NCBI GenBank assembly: GCA_036172245.1
Contig: JAYWIR010000082.1
Location: forward strand, 302,331-322,330
DNA: 20,000 bases
Direction: 5' to 3'
Source of the DNA: Raillietiella orientalis
Lineage: Eukaryota
Made by a program: the position numbers and the translations under genes. Every line of letters begins with the position of its first letter. Within the stretch, counting starts at the first letter, position 1. Shown one piece after another: positions 1 through 11,909 of the stretch. The notes beneath the pieces are model-generated. The model had not been told where the DNA came from and made no database searches. It saw only the letters and a program-made list of their open reading frames with translations.

Positions 1-200
1 AGCAGGCAGGCAGGCAGGGAGGCAGGCAGACAGGCAGGCAGCAGCATGTGAGGGAGCAGGCAGGCAGCAGGCAGAGAAAGAGCAGCAAGGCAGCACAGAT
101 TGCAGCAGGCAGGCATGCAGGGAAGGCAGGCAGCAGCAGGCAGCAGGCAGGCAGGCAGCAGGCAGGCAGCATAGCAGGCAGGCAGCATATGGGCCGGCCG
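1..200. repeat. Low-complexity degenerate (GCAG/GGCA)n tract
   Basis: Almost entirely GCAG/GGCAG/CAG units with very few T. It replaces the 5' part of gene copy A and could be a satellite or a read/contig-end artefact. Confidence 0.85.
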
Positions 201-2915
201 GCTGATGGTCAGCGAGGATGACTTCAGATTGCGGTAAGAGAGGGCGTGGAGGGTGCGCGCAGGGGTGGGTGTGCGCGCCTCTGTGATCGCCGACTCCGTC
301 GTGGGATGCGCTGGGGGAGAGGAAGGCGGCCCGTCTGCAGACGCACGTCCCCAACGACGCAAACAGCGTTCGCGTGCTGAGCGACCTGTGCGCTTTGCTG
401 ACCACCCAGCAGGACTGCGCACGCCTGTTGCGATGCGTGGATGCGGAAGCCCTGTGGATGCTCTTCTACTGCGTGTGCGACCTGGGTGCCGCCCAGGTCG
501 AGGGGCTCGTCCGCAAGGCGCAAGGGCAGCCGAAAGTGTTGCTGGCTCTCATGCGGAGCGTCCGCGTCAAGCTGAGGGACGTGCTGGAGGAAAGGAACCG
601 CAGGGCGGAAGCGGTTCTCGAACACCTCCAGCGCTTGAAGACCCAAATCGGCGACTTCTTTTCGCTACTCACCGACGAACAACGGAGTCGGCAGAAGCAG
701 TTTTTAGAAGGCAGCAAGGAGCTGCAATGCATCCTGAGCTTCCTCTTCGGCCAGGAGGAGGCCACGCTGGAAAGAGTGAAGAAGGACCTGAACGGAGACT
801 TTGGAAAGTTCAAAAGGTTTCTCCGAAGCGTTATGTCCGTCGACATGACATTGATCGATCGACGCCGGGAGATGAATGCGAGTCTAAAGGCTGGACGAGA
901 TCGGAAAGCGGCAGGAGGAGTTGAAAAAGCAAACCATGAGTGGGCGCCTGCCCGCACTGAAGATGGAAAACCTGGCCGTCCAGCAAGGAGTGAAGTTAGG
1001 GGGATGCAAAAGGAGCGATGCTACTTGGCGGTACGTGAAAGGGACCGCTCGCCGGGACGTGCAAGTCCGTCGGTGATGTGTGTAGGGGAGTCTCGCATTC
1101 GCTCCCTTCCAGGACAAAGGGGTCAAACTGGACGGCCGCCGGGACCGGGCGAACATGTTCCGGTGGATGTCGAAACTGGCGGAGAGGCACTTGCAGAAGG
1201 TGAGAGGAAGCACGCGTCGGAGCGATGCGCGAGCTCTCGTCGGCGCCTGCGGAAGGGATGGAGGGGAGAACGCAAACCTGGAAGGGCTTACATGGCGGGA
1301 GGACGCAGGTCGGGGAAAAATCATTCCCGCCGGGCGCCGTGCGTTGGTGGCCGACGTCATTTCTTTCGACACGGAAGGTCGTCGATTGAACGACTCGCCG
1401 CAGCCGACGTCCTCTCGATTCGCGCGCTTCGGTGCAGCTCATCTCTGTGCACTTTTTGCAGAAGGAGCAGCAAGGGCCCAAGAAGCGCGGCGGCGCTTCC
1501 GGCTCGAAAACGCGCAGGCGACCCCATCTCCCGCAGGCGAACGCCGCCACTCGACGGTCGCAGGACGCCCCCGAGCTTCCCTTGAGGAGGACCAGCGTGC
1601 TGGTGAGGACGTTGCTGCTTCGACCGCTGGCGTGCCACTCGAGCCGGCGCCGAGCACCCCACACGCATGGTCGTACTTTTTAGAACATACTGGAGGCCAA
1701 GTTCGGCGACGTGCCGGAGGACTGGCCGACGAGGCTGCGCGCGCTCATCAGCAAGCTGTTTGAGCACGCGACGAAGAGAGCGGAAACCAGGTCAGCCAGA
1801 CCGCCTGCTCGTCTCCTTTCCCCGCTTCCCTGGTCTTTTTCTTGGCCCGCAGGGTGGAGGTACACGACGCAGAGCAGGCGTACCGGCACCAGGCTCCCGC
1901 GAGCGCCGGGCTCGCTGTGCAGCCGTTCGTGGAGCGGCCGGTGCACCCGTGCGACGCCGTGGGACCACCTGCCACAGACGTAATGTTGGGGTGTCGGTGC
2001 GCGATACGGGGAGGAGGGAGGCGCGGGTTTGCGCAGCGGGCTCGCACTTTCTCCGGCGGGACTACGGCAGGCGTCGTGGTGCTGGCGCCTCCGCGTCGCG
2101 ATCGCGCTGCGCATGCGGCCTCCCTCGCCAGCGTCCGTTTCTCTCGTCGCCGCAGTCGTCGCGTGTCCTTCTTTCTTGCAGACGGGTTGCGAGCTGACCC
2201 AGGCCTGCCTCATCGACAGCTGCCTGCGCAGGTGAGCCAAGTCCGCCGAGCGCCCGTTCGCGCCCTCCGCGCTAGCGCCCTTCGAAGTTTCGCTCGCGTT
2301 TGGCTCGTTCTCCCCAGGATGGGAGACATGACGAAGGTCTTTGGTGACGTCGGACCCAGTCTGGAAGAGCAAGACGCATCCTCGAGGTGAGAGGAGGACC
2401 GGTATCCCGGCGATGGGGCAAAGCGGGAGGGAGGCGTTTGCCCCGGGTTGCCGTGTCCAGCCCCGCGGAAGACCAATTCGCTCCGTGCTCCATCAGGTTT
2501 CGCACGCAAGGCACGGAAGGTGGCGCCCCGGAACCGCCGTCGCGTCTCGATTACCGCACGTTGCTGGCGGACGACGAAGACGCGGTGGACGAGACGCAGG
2601 TCAGCCACGCCTGTTTCCACTCTACCTCGCCATAACGAAGACCGCGTTCCTACCTCCTGGAATTCACGTCTCGCTCTCGTTTCAGTTTACCTGCGACGCC
2701 GGTTCTCTGCTACGCAGCCAGGAGGAGGTAGCGGGATGCGAGTGAGGCGCGCGCCCTGCGTCCGAAAGCGACGCGCTTTGCACAGCCCGCCAGCCACCGC
2801 CACTTGCCGAGCGTGTTTCCGTTGCAGGCGCGGCCTGGAGAGCTTCCTCACCACGCTCGCCACCCACATCGACAACATCCGGTGGAGCGTCGACGGGGAG
2901 CTTTCGGCGTGCTGA
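201..2915 (+). CDS. Copy A (5'-partial) of a spliced ~690-aa coiled-coil protein gene, possibly divergent PRC1/Ase1/MAP65-like
   Basis: Phase-compatible GT-AG exon chain: ..816, 890-989, 1113-1199, 1438-1602, 1684-1790, 1853-1979, 2182-2231, 2318-2386, 2497-2599, 2686-2741, 2828-2915 (TGA). It reads ...DFGKFKR/LDEIGKRQEELKKQ...DKGVKLDGRRDRANMFRW...NILEAKFGDVPEDW...VDGELSAC*. AATAAA follows at 3016. Region 201-350 has indels relative to copies B/C. Confidence 0.8.
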
Positions 2916-3015
2916 ACAGCGCGGTGGCGGAGCCGGCGCCGGCGGTCGGCTGCGGCGGGGCCGACTTCTGGCGCATACCACACAGCGCACGCACCCACAC
3001 GCATCCGGCTCCTCA

Positions 3016-3021
3016 AATAAA
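3016..3021 (+). promoter_or_regulatory. Candidate polyadenylation signal AATAAA of gene copy A
   Basis: Lies ~100 nt after the stop codon in GC-rich context and is conserved in copy C (TTTATT 16044-16049). Confidence 0.55.
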
Positions 3022-3084
3022 ACACTCTTCCCATCCGTGCTCTTCGTTCGTTTGCGAATCTCCGGGTCGTGTCGCAGTTCACGG

Positions 3085-4499
3085 TATCGAAGGCGATGCA
3101 ACCGAAGCTCTGGTGGCCTCGCAGCAGGCAAGTTGCGAACCGTGGTGGCCTGCGTGCCGGTTCTCCGTGCACCTTCTTCCGGAGATGAAGTAAGCGTCCT
3201 CCCATTCAGTTGTGCGTTGATTACTATAGAAATAGAGGTCCCGGTGCACCACGAAGCGACTTTGGGGTTCGTGAGCATGGATTTAACTCGGAATCCCATG
3301 ACACGTGACGTGGAGTGCTCATTGGCAAGCAAAGCAAAATTTGTCTGCGGAAGGTGGGCTGTGGTTGACTTTTTTAGAAGATCAGAAAGTGCTGTGAGAA
3401 AAATGGAAAGTACTTTCCCATCAGGAGTCAAACGGAAGCTGCACGTTTCAGGCATGGACCAGAACGTTTGTGAAAAGAGATTCACAGTCGCGCGAAATCC
3501 AAAGACCATGGAAGCAAACCTGCATCGCGGACTCTGCACGGGTGAAAACACGTAAGGGTTGAGGTAAACACTGGCTGACTGAATCGTGGATCGGATTACG
3601 CTTCATCTTGAATCGCGCGCACACATGGAAAAGGTGTCACGCGATCAAGCCGAACACCATGGGTGAGCGCGCAAATGGCCGCCAGAGGGTGGGCCGGTTC
3701 TCGATAAAGAAGTTTCATACGGCAGGCATCACCAGCATGCAAACCAGGAAGAAATGCAGCGACCGAGTGAGCGAATTCGCTCTGCGTCACCCTTGAAATA
3801 TGAAGGTGTGCCGTCGGAAAAGAAAAGTCTTCCCAGCCGGCACAGAGAAAGATGAAATTGTGTGAACGGCATTCCAACCGTATCAAAGCACTGGTTTTTC
3901 AGTCCGTGCTTCTTTATCCAAATGCGATTTTGAAGTGTTTCGCTACACTACACGCGAAAGACAAAAGTTGTTTGAATTTGTATGATGGCGCAACACTTTC
4001 CCCGCGTTTGACGCAAAATCTGCAAGGAGCTCTCCAGAGAGACGCGAAGGACACTGCGAAGGCCGCTGAGCATCCTGTGAGGAATGGATGGCATGGCTGC
4101 TGCCAGTTACGTGGCGTACCCGCTGAAAGCCAGCAGCGGGTGGACACGGACGCCCCCTGAAGTTTTGCATCAGACGAAAGCCATCCACGGGGGTTCCGTG
4201 GATGGCTCGGGCGGGGAAGCCTCCCGGGGACGCTCATTCCACCGGGCTGGAGAAGTGGGATGCGTGGCCCACGGGCGCAAGGCGTCGAAGATGAGTGCAA
4301 GGTCAGCTCGCGGTCGGAAGCGGCTCAGCCTCCGTGAACGTTGCGCGCGACCGCTCCCAAGCGAAGCCCGCGCAGCCATCGGCTTCTCTTACCGGGGTGG
4401 CGCGAGGGAGGAAGGACTGCATGCAAGTCTTCCAATACACCAATCTATCCGACAAACTGTTCAACGGAGAAGGGGGACTTAAGATTCAATTTGATTGCT
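3085..4499 (-). pseudogene. ATR: Degenerate ATR-like PIKK kinase + FATC fragment
   Basis: One frame (ORF 2682..3551-) carries ordered motifs MPETCSFRLT (cf. PExVPFRLT), VKSMLTNPKVASW (cf. LKTFLHDPLVEW), INAQLNGR and SPEEGARRTGTQATTVRNL (cf. FATC LSxEGQVxxLIxQATxxxNL). Stops and frameshifts occur upstream. Confidence 0.65.
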
Positions 4500-7000
4500 T
4501 CGAATTGGAATTTAAACCTTTTCACCTTTCAGTCCCCAAACAGTGTGCTGCAAAAAGAAAATCCATTCATAAACCATACACACTCATTGCTAAATGCAAC
4601 AGTATGAGTATTCCTACTAATGAAGGATGTAGAAACCCTACATGTACATCCAAAACAAAAAACCCTAGGAAAATTATGAATAAACAAGACTACAAAAGGT
4701 TTTCCAGTTTCAACACCTGAAAAATCAATCGCTTTCCAGAATAGCTCAAAAAAAGGTTACATCTACTGGAAAAATACGATATAAATATGTAAGCTTACTG
4801 ATCGAATTTTCTTGCTTACTACACATAACAATTGTCAAATGGAAATCACCTTTCCCTGAATAAGAAAAATTGTTAGATGCAAAAATCATTCAACTTACTA
4901 ATCATGCAATCATATTCCTTCTACACGAGCAGCAATGAAGCTCAGCTGTGCAATCATAGCATTTGCAGAAAACTACAATTAATCCCCTAACTTTCACACT
5001 CTTTAGATTGCCCAAAGCATTTCATTGAACAAATACTCAAACACAAGGAACTCTAATTTATATATCCTAACAGCAAATGAGATAATGTCTACACATACAT
5101 TTAAAGAAAGCATGCAGTAATCCTTAAAGAATGGCAGTGGTAATCGTATCTTGCTATGAAAATGGTCCATTCAAATGCATTCATTCAAACACCGAAACTT
5201 CAAGAAATTTACTTTTCAATTTCACAAATTAGTATCCTTTCCAACTTTATCCTTTTTTTTTTTACATTTAGAGTTGAAATGAAATGATCATTCTGTAAAT
5301 CCAAAATATCGTCATCCAACTGCATTCCACTACACCCCATCACCATTGCATCCATGCACTGATCTTAATTTTTGCATTGCATCTTAAAACTACAGTGTGT
5401 CAATTCCACCAATTTTCTCTCAAAATTATCAAAGAATTTATCATTTTCTCTTACACAAACTGCAAATCCCAAGAACCTACCCCACAATGAAACCCAGTTT
5501 TCTAAAGCTCAAATTGTCAAGTCATTTCCAATTTACAAAACCTGAAACATTCTCCAGGAGTCCTCCACTACATAACATCTTGACCATTGACTCATTTTTT
5601 CCTCACTTAGTTTCCATCAACAAATAAGTCTATGTTTCAAATCACTCTTACTGTTTCAGTTTAGTGACAAATCAGAAGTACACTATTGTCATTTCTCAAT
5701 ACCCTTGCATCTTTGAAATAGAGTAATGCAATGGAAACACACAAAACAAAAAGCTTACATTATGATCAGCTGAATCATTTTTTGTAAACAAAAATAATGC
5801 ATCAAAAATATAAAACCTCATACATCCATGTATCCAATAGCACTTCTCATCCCTCGGTCTCCTTTTACGCCAGAGTACAATAATGTTTGCAAGTTCTTCC
5901 TCTGACATATTGCTCCTGTGACCTACTTTGCCTTTATTTGGGTGTTCTGGACAAACTGCTGTGTTTTACAGAATACATATCCTTCACATTTTCCACAATA
6001 TCAGTCAAGTGGGGTCAGAGATGACCATGTAAGTCTTTGACTATTAAAACCACTTGGCAAGGAATGCTTCATTCAGAATCTCAAACAGTTCTTGCATCAT
6101 ACTGTAGATTGTGTTACGTTGTTCATTTAAAACATTGAAAAAGTCCAGCTTAACATATTCCACAAATTTCAACTCAGTCTATTCCTGGATTGTCTTTAGA
6201 ACAACTGCAAAAACAAAAATCTTTCCTGCTACTCTTATGACCTATTGACAACAGATCTTTAACATGTAAAAGCAAAAACAAAAAACGGAGGGAAAGGAAT
6301 GGCATCTCTTGAAACTAATTTTATTTAAAAATGCATGAAAAATTGACGAGCATGACAGGAATGCAAAACACCATGATCGCACTCGCCTGGCTGCTTTCTT
6401 CAGTTGTGTTCTAAAAAAAATCTGTCTTGACAGCAACATGAGCTTTGAGGTTTTTTACTGGGTAGCACACACATAATGTTAAGCTAACAACAATCCTAAT
6501 GACCTGCTAACAGCAATTTCGGCACATCCTTGAAATGTAAATTTACGATCGAACATTCGGAAATTACAACAGAAAAATAGAAGCTTCCTTAAATTAGGAT
6601 GTCGTCTCACAAACAACCTATTTAAAAGCTGACTTTGCTTGAAAGGTTAATTGCAAGTTATAAATCTTTTCCTTATGGGAATGCATAGCACGATTTAGCA
6701 GTGACTTTAATGAATCACAAGAAAATATTTCATTCGCAATTATGAAAACAGCATTAGATTTTTGCAAATAGCATATTGTATTCATTGTTCACAAACAAAA
6801 CTATAATTAGATCTCAAAAGTAAAAAGACAAAAATTCATTTTTCAAATAATCGTGAAATTGCATAACGGTAACTTTCATATCTATGTTATCAATTTTTCG
6901 CATTCATTACATTTCACTTAACGCCTTGCAAGCCCACTTTACTCTCGCATACACCACAGCATATTGTGGCAAGGAATGCATAAAGCAAGGAGATAAACAT
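4500..7000 (-). pseudogene. ATR: Degenerate AT-rich, intron-containing ATR N-terminal HEAT/UME-region fragment
   Basis: Collinear remnants: ISECSIVNLHFKDVPKLL (~6510-6565; cf. LSEIANVFDFPDLNRFL), FRTQLKK..SIFHAFL (~6325-6415), TELKFVEYVKLDFFNVLNE (6123-6178; same TE-x9-DF-x4-NE spacing as ATR TEIELGSLLRQDFQGLHNE), HL*PHLTDIV, AW..LDDDIL and KAIDF (cf. GAIDP). Many stop codons. The upstream boundary is approximate. Confidence 0.65.
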
Positions 7001-7699
7001 TAGAAGTTGATACCTATTCTTTATTTTTATGAAAGAAATGCGGATAATCCCCGGGATGAATAGAATCTCTTAAATCAATGAAATGCCGCTAATTATGAAG
7101 ACTGCTCACCAACTGCGTGTAACTTATCAACGGTAATTTACTGATAATGGCTACCATCATCACACATCACACATTTCGGACATCTACTAGCTTGATGTTA
7201 GTAATGTTTCTCTTATGCCATACTTAATATCCTTAATTTCATTTCTGGAGTAGAATTTGAAAGAAATTTTCTCATGAAAAAAATGTCAACATCAGTCACA
7301 CAGAGAATTACGAACTCGAGTAATGAATCGATTGTGTGGTACATTAGTTGAAAGTTTTTTTTATTATTATTATCAATGCGGGATTAACATTGTCTAATCT
7401 TATAAGATTCAAATTCAAATCATGTTTTATTTTATTTTATCATATATTAAAGTGTCTCAGTTCTTCTTCTAGAAACTCCAAGTAAAATCAGACAAGAAGT
7501 CAGCCTACTAAGAAACTTCTATCAGAAAAGAATAACCGCAAAATATTTATCAAATATCTTATAAACTGAAATCACAAAATCACATGAAACGCCATGAAAC
7601 CAACAAAATACCAAACAGAAGAATAAAAGAAAACTGACAAAAGTAGACCTTCCTCCTGCTTAGATAACACCGCCGTATAGTGGCGCGACCGAAGAAGAG

Positions 7700-8303
7700 G
7701 AATAACAGGCAATGGAACTAGAAACGAAAGCAGCTACATTCGCTGCAGCGATCCATCTGGACAACCATACTCTTCTTCCTTGCCACCAGCAACTCGTCGA
7801 GACGATTCTGTGGAACCACCATCCGCCGCATCGACGACAAGAGCAGGTTGGAGCATATGATGCACGTGCTGTGCAATCTGCATTTCGAAAGCAGGAAGCG
7901 TACTGGGAGCTGAACATCGAAGATGAGGATGAACATCGTTCCCTCTGAGGGTACTGGGAACCAGTACGAGTGGTAGTACGCATCCCGCAACGTAAAAGGG
8001 CAGATCGGTATGCAAGAAAAGAAAAACATCGCCACCGCTGTCTTTGCAACAGAATTCGGACAGGAATTTCGGCACACGCCTTAAGGGATTACGGAGACGC
8101 TCCAAGACCGTTACATCACGTCAAGATCTGTGCCCGATAGAACAGCAGGTCACCCTGCAACGGCCGACGAAAAAACTTTCATACACATACAAAGAGGAAT
8201 TGGGCATGGACATTTACTACGAGAGAGTCAAGAAGACGTTCATAGAACTGCTCAGAGACGTGATGGCAGGTGCCCATAGTGTTCAAATCTCGCACTATCA
8301 AAC
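7700..8303 (+). mobile_element. Disrupted intronless coding fragment, possibly the N-terminal region of a Polinton/Maverick-type polymerase
   Basis: Protein-like stretches RAVQSAFRKQEAYWELNIED and MDIYYERVKKTFIELLRDVMAGAHSVQI loosely recall the N-terminal region of invertebrate Polinton pPolB proteins. The fragment has a stop and frameshifts and is cut off at 8303 by gene copy B. No catalytic motif is visible. Confidence 0.25.
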
Positions 8304-9496
8304 GATTTGGATCTTCAGCCGCTGGAGGTGTTCGAGAACCGCTTCCGCCTTGCGGTTCCTCTCCTCCAGCTCGTCCCTGAGCTTGACGCGGACGCTGCGC
8401 ATGACAGCCAGAAGGACTTCCGGCTTGTCTTGCGCCTGGCGGACGAGCCCCTCGACCTGGGCGGCACCCAGGTCGCACACGCAGTAGAAGAGCATCCACA
8501 GGGCTTCCGCATCGACGCATCGCAACAGGCGTGCGCAGTCCTGCTGGGTGGTCAGCAAAGCGCACAGGTCCTTCAGAACGCGAACGCTGTTTGCGTCGTT
8601 GGGGACGCGCGTCGGCAGACGGGCCGCCTCCCTGTCCTCGAGCGCATCCCACGACGAGTCGGCGATCTGAAGGCGCGCAGACCCACCCTGCGCACCCTCC
8701 ACGCCCTCTCTTACCGCAATCACGAAGTCATCCTCGCTGACCATCAGCTCCGTGTCGTCCTGCACGTGCGAGTGGAGAGGAGGACAAGCGTTAGACAAGC
8801 CGCGGGCGCGCCGATGCGCACTCCCTCTCGCAGCTGCTTACCGGCCTCCCCAAGATGTTTACGTTCCGAATCTGCTGATCGTCGTCCAATCCAAGGTCCA
8901 TCACCACGCAGGAAACCTTCCTGATGAGCGTAACAAGCTCATGCACCGTGAACGATAAACATTGACTGCGATCGCTCATCGGCACCATCGAAACAAATTC
9001 CTGAGGCGCAAAAAAGAGAGTCGAAATTCAGGCGCGACGCGGAACCGCTGCGCGCAACGACCAGCGCGCTCTTTCCGGATGCGGCGCTGCTTCACGGATT
9101 CTGCGCTCTTACCTGCAGCGCGTTTTCCATCCAACGGTGCATGGATATCAACCTGGTCAGAAACCCGGGGGTAGGGGTGGTTCTTCCGCTACCTAGTCTC
9201 TCCTGCAGCTCCTTTGCCACGTTCTGGTAATAGTAAAGGCTTCTCGTTATTTTCTTTTTGAATCCCAGAGTCCTTTCGATCCTGCGCTCTCTGTCCGCAA
9301 TATCCGCAGCAGGGATTTCCTTCCCTTTTCGCGAAACGACCTTGATCTCGTCGATCAACCGGTCTATCCTGTGCCGCATCCCACGCAGGGCTTCCCCATA
9401 TTTCTGCTGGCACTCTCTGCCCGCGCCCCGAAACTGCATGTTGCCTTTCTTCGTTTTCCTTTCGAAATGAATTGCAGCCCGAACGAATGTTTCCAT
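8298..9496 (-). CDS. Copy B: 3'-truncated version (~318 aa) of the coiled-coil gene
   Basis: The ATG at 9496 is in ACCATGG context. Exons are 9496-9113, 9000-8842, 8759-8715 and 8666-8298, with three phase-0 introns starting GTAAG and ending CAG. Intron 2 contains a CTAAC branch motif. The frame is open to a TGA two codons past the breakpoint. Confidence 0.75.
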
Positions 9497-9887
9497 GGTT
9501 TTTCTTCTCCTTGGCTCAGAGTGGAGGTGGGGGGGAATGGGAGGGTCAATGCTTTTCCTCTGAAACGCTGAAAACATCTACTAGAGACGCAGCAGACGTT
9601 GTCTGGAGCTTGGCCGAAGATAGTGGAGGGCATAAAAAAAAGAGCAAGAGATGGACGAGATGGCAGCTAACGTGTTCCATACGGAGTTTCGCTTCCTGAA
9701 GACGAAATTGTCACCTTGCATAGGGCCGAGAGCACTTCTTGCCTTTCGAAGGCAGTCCGATCACTCTTCTGCTGAGCAGAAGTCGCCCAACGGAACGCCT
9801 ACGCACTTGAAGCACCTATCCGTAGGAGTACCCAGGCGGATCCAGGAGGACTCATTCTCTCAAGTACAGCCAACCGGAACGACCGTA
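8304..9887 (+). repeat. Direct duplication of 18407-20000 (probably continues beyond the window)
   Basis: Near-identical sequence at offset 10103, then offset 10113 after a 10-nt intronic indel at ~8820. Confidence 0.97.
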
Positions 9888-11300
9888 GACTTCTACCTGT
9901 TGACTCTCACGCCCGAAGCAACAGTTGGAAGAAGTCGTCGAGCGCATCCGCCGACCGCACTGGCACTGACGTGCGCTCTTTTCGCTCATTGAGCGTGTTT
10001 TTGGTCTTTGGTCCTTGTGTTGGATTCTGCCTGTGTCCTGCAAGGGAATGGCGTACACACAAGAACGAATGGAGGTGGAGGATGCGGTGTGCTTAGCCCG
10101 CCGATTTGTGCCGTCAGTACGGCCGATTTTTCGTTGTGGTATCTTCAGGCTGTGCGCTGAGCAGTGCGGTGATCCGCTCGTTGCACAGAGGAGGCCAAGC
10201 GGGCTCGGAGATCGTAAACGAGAAACGCACTTCGGCAGTCGGACGCGCATCCAGTGACATGGTCGCCGAAGAAGGATCCTCTAACAGTGCAGGGCTACGT
10301 GCCTTCAAAGCGTTCCGGTGTAGGGAAGAAAAGCTCGATCTCTGGAGTCAATAGCGCGGACCTGCCGGCGGCTGTCCAGAATCGGACTGCTCGAGAAAGA
10401 GCACAGTAGCTTAGCAAACTTGGAGGAAGGTATCGTGCTCGGTTTCAGAAAATCCCTGGGACCTGCCGTTTGCCTTCTTTTCTTTGCTTTCCTTCCACAT
10501 GGATAGCTCTATTTTGGATGTTTATTGTTTGCTTTTCCTCCATACCAACCCGATGCGGGCCTCATATACCAGCCTGCTTGAGAAAACGAAGCTACTTTAG
10601 GATTCCGGAGACTCCAGTGATACTTCTGTACTATTCAGATTCTTTTTGCTGACGTACTTTCAGCGCAAAATTCTGCAAAATCCTCCTTAGTGAGATTCAA
10701 AATATGCTGCAAAGGTCGCTGAGACCCGAGTATGGAAGTGGATTAGAAAGTCACGTGGTTATTTCAGGGTAGATTAGAAGACTGGGCTCGAATTTCCAGC
10801 CCATTTAGTGGGTACGGAAATATATGCAGTCCTAAACATCCAGAAGGATCACGATCGTTTGCTTTAGAGAGGAAAAATACTGGACTTTCTTTATCCATGG
10901 TAGTACATTTCTTTGGTAGCCTTCCCTCGAACTAGGATACTTGTCAACAACTCTTATATGGCATTTTCGATCAGATTGTAGGCGCAGGAAAGTCTTGGTT
11001 CCTTAGAAAGGATGAGTTCGAAGGAACCATCCGTTCTTTACTTTGCCTCAACCCAAAACTGCTTGTGTTCTACATAGAGAACCCAAGTAGGTGTTCGAGC
11101 AACAGCAAGCCACAATAGCTTCCCATTTGCGTTCTATGGTGCAGCTAGGAGAGTCGATTTGCTGCAGCAAACCTTTGAGAATTTTCAACAGGTGGCATAG
11201 TGAAATGAGAAGCCATCTTTCGTTCCTAAGGCGTCTGACCTTAAGTATGTGATGGTGTATGGGTGCCTTCTAGCATTTCTAACTTACAGGTCTCGTACAC
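9690..11300 (-). pseudogene. ATR: Degenerate ATR FAT domain to kinase N-lobe fragment
   Basis: Ordered remnants: KQFWVEAK..AYNLIENAI*ELLTSILVRGKATKEMYYHG (10895-11075; cf. ECWLQSAR..AYNALLNAGESRLAELYVERAKWLWSKG), ALSRAVRF, AFLVYDLRARLASSVQRADH (10169-10228; cf. YLAPYQFLTAFSQLISRICH) and DCLRKARSALGPMQGDNFVFRKR (9690-9757; cf. DDLRKDCRLMEFNSLINKCLRKD). Confidence 0.6.
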
Positions 11301-11656
11301 TGTCCTTTACTTTCATATGGGTTTCTGGCATGCAGAAATTCATATGTATGTACCCAGTAATGAACATGTGTATTAATTTTTTGTAATCTCTACCATTTAA
11401 GTTATTAAAATACGAGAATATATTTCGAATTACATCAATAAATGTGTTTGCAAATATCAACTTCTATATTCATCCGTACGTTCATGTATATGCGAATTCA
11501 ATGAAGTATGTAGAAAATATAAGTAATTATTTTTCCTTAATTTCCCTATGACACACATTAATCTATATATCAATCTTCAGGCGAACATCTGTTATGATCA
11601 TATGATCTATTCTAAGAGCATCCTCAGTATAGACACACACCGTACGTATACATACA

Positions 11657-11657
<1 letters not shown>

Positions 11658-11685
<28 letters not shown>
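11658..11685. repeat. (TG)14 microsatellite
   Basis: Perfect dinucleotide run followed by GCGT variants. Confidence 0.97.
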
Positions 11686-11689
<4 letters not shown>

Positions 11690-11909
11690 CGCGTGCTGGT
11701 ATTTGTAAATACTGGACAATTTGCTGATCATAACTTTGGGAAATTAGGATCTGAAAGTGGAACAAAAGAGAGCAGAGAAGCATCCAGGAGCAGCGTGACT
11801 GTTTGCAATGAGCGTTCTTCGTTGTGAATTCATTTTTTATTTCCTGTACATTTTAACTTTGGAACTCTTTTAGGGAATCTTCCAGGATAAGTTTGCTTTC
11901 CGCAAATTC

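Larger units (their letters stand above)
201..4499 (+). repeat. Left arm of ~4.3 kb inverted segmental duplication (partner 14566-18851)
   Basis: 201 gctgatggtc pairs with 18851 and 4499 (ttgattgct) pairs with 14566. ORF translations are near-identical on opposite strands (e.g. 1667..2197+ vs 16867..17397-, 2448..2915+ vs 16150..16617-). Confidence 0.97.

Noticed and set aside
1..200. CRISPR array or telomeric repeat
   Set aside because: Irregular low-complexity tetramers with no repeat-spacer periodicity or known telomere motif.
9651..9992. 113-aa + strand ORF preceded by a TATA-like CATAAAA, as a divergent gene
   Set aside because: It has no recognisable motif and the opposite strand carries ordered ATR remnants, so it is probably an antisense shadow.
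8298..10400. Endogenous large DNA virus gene cluster
   Set aside because: The short ORFs resolve into spliceosomal exons, and no viral hallmark genes were recognised.
10975..11010. IVGAGKSWFLRK as a Walker A motif
   Set aside because: It lacks the first Gly of GxxxxGKS, sits in a short frame without a start, and is antisense to the ATR AYNLIENA remnant.
11632..11685. ACACACAC..GTGTGTGT hairpin as a MITE or ncRNA
   Set aside because: Explained by dinucleotide microsatellite complementarity.
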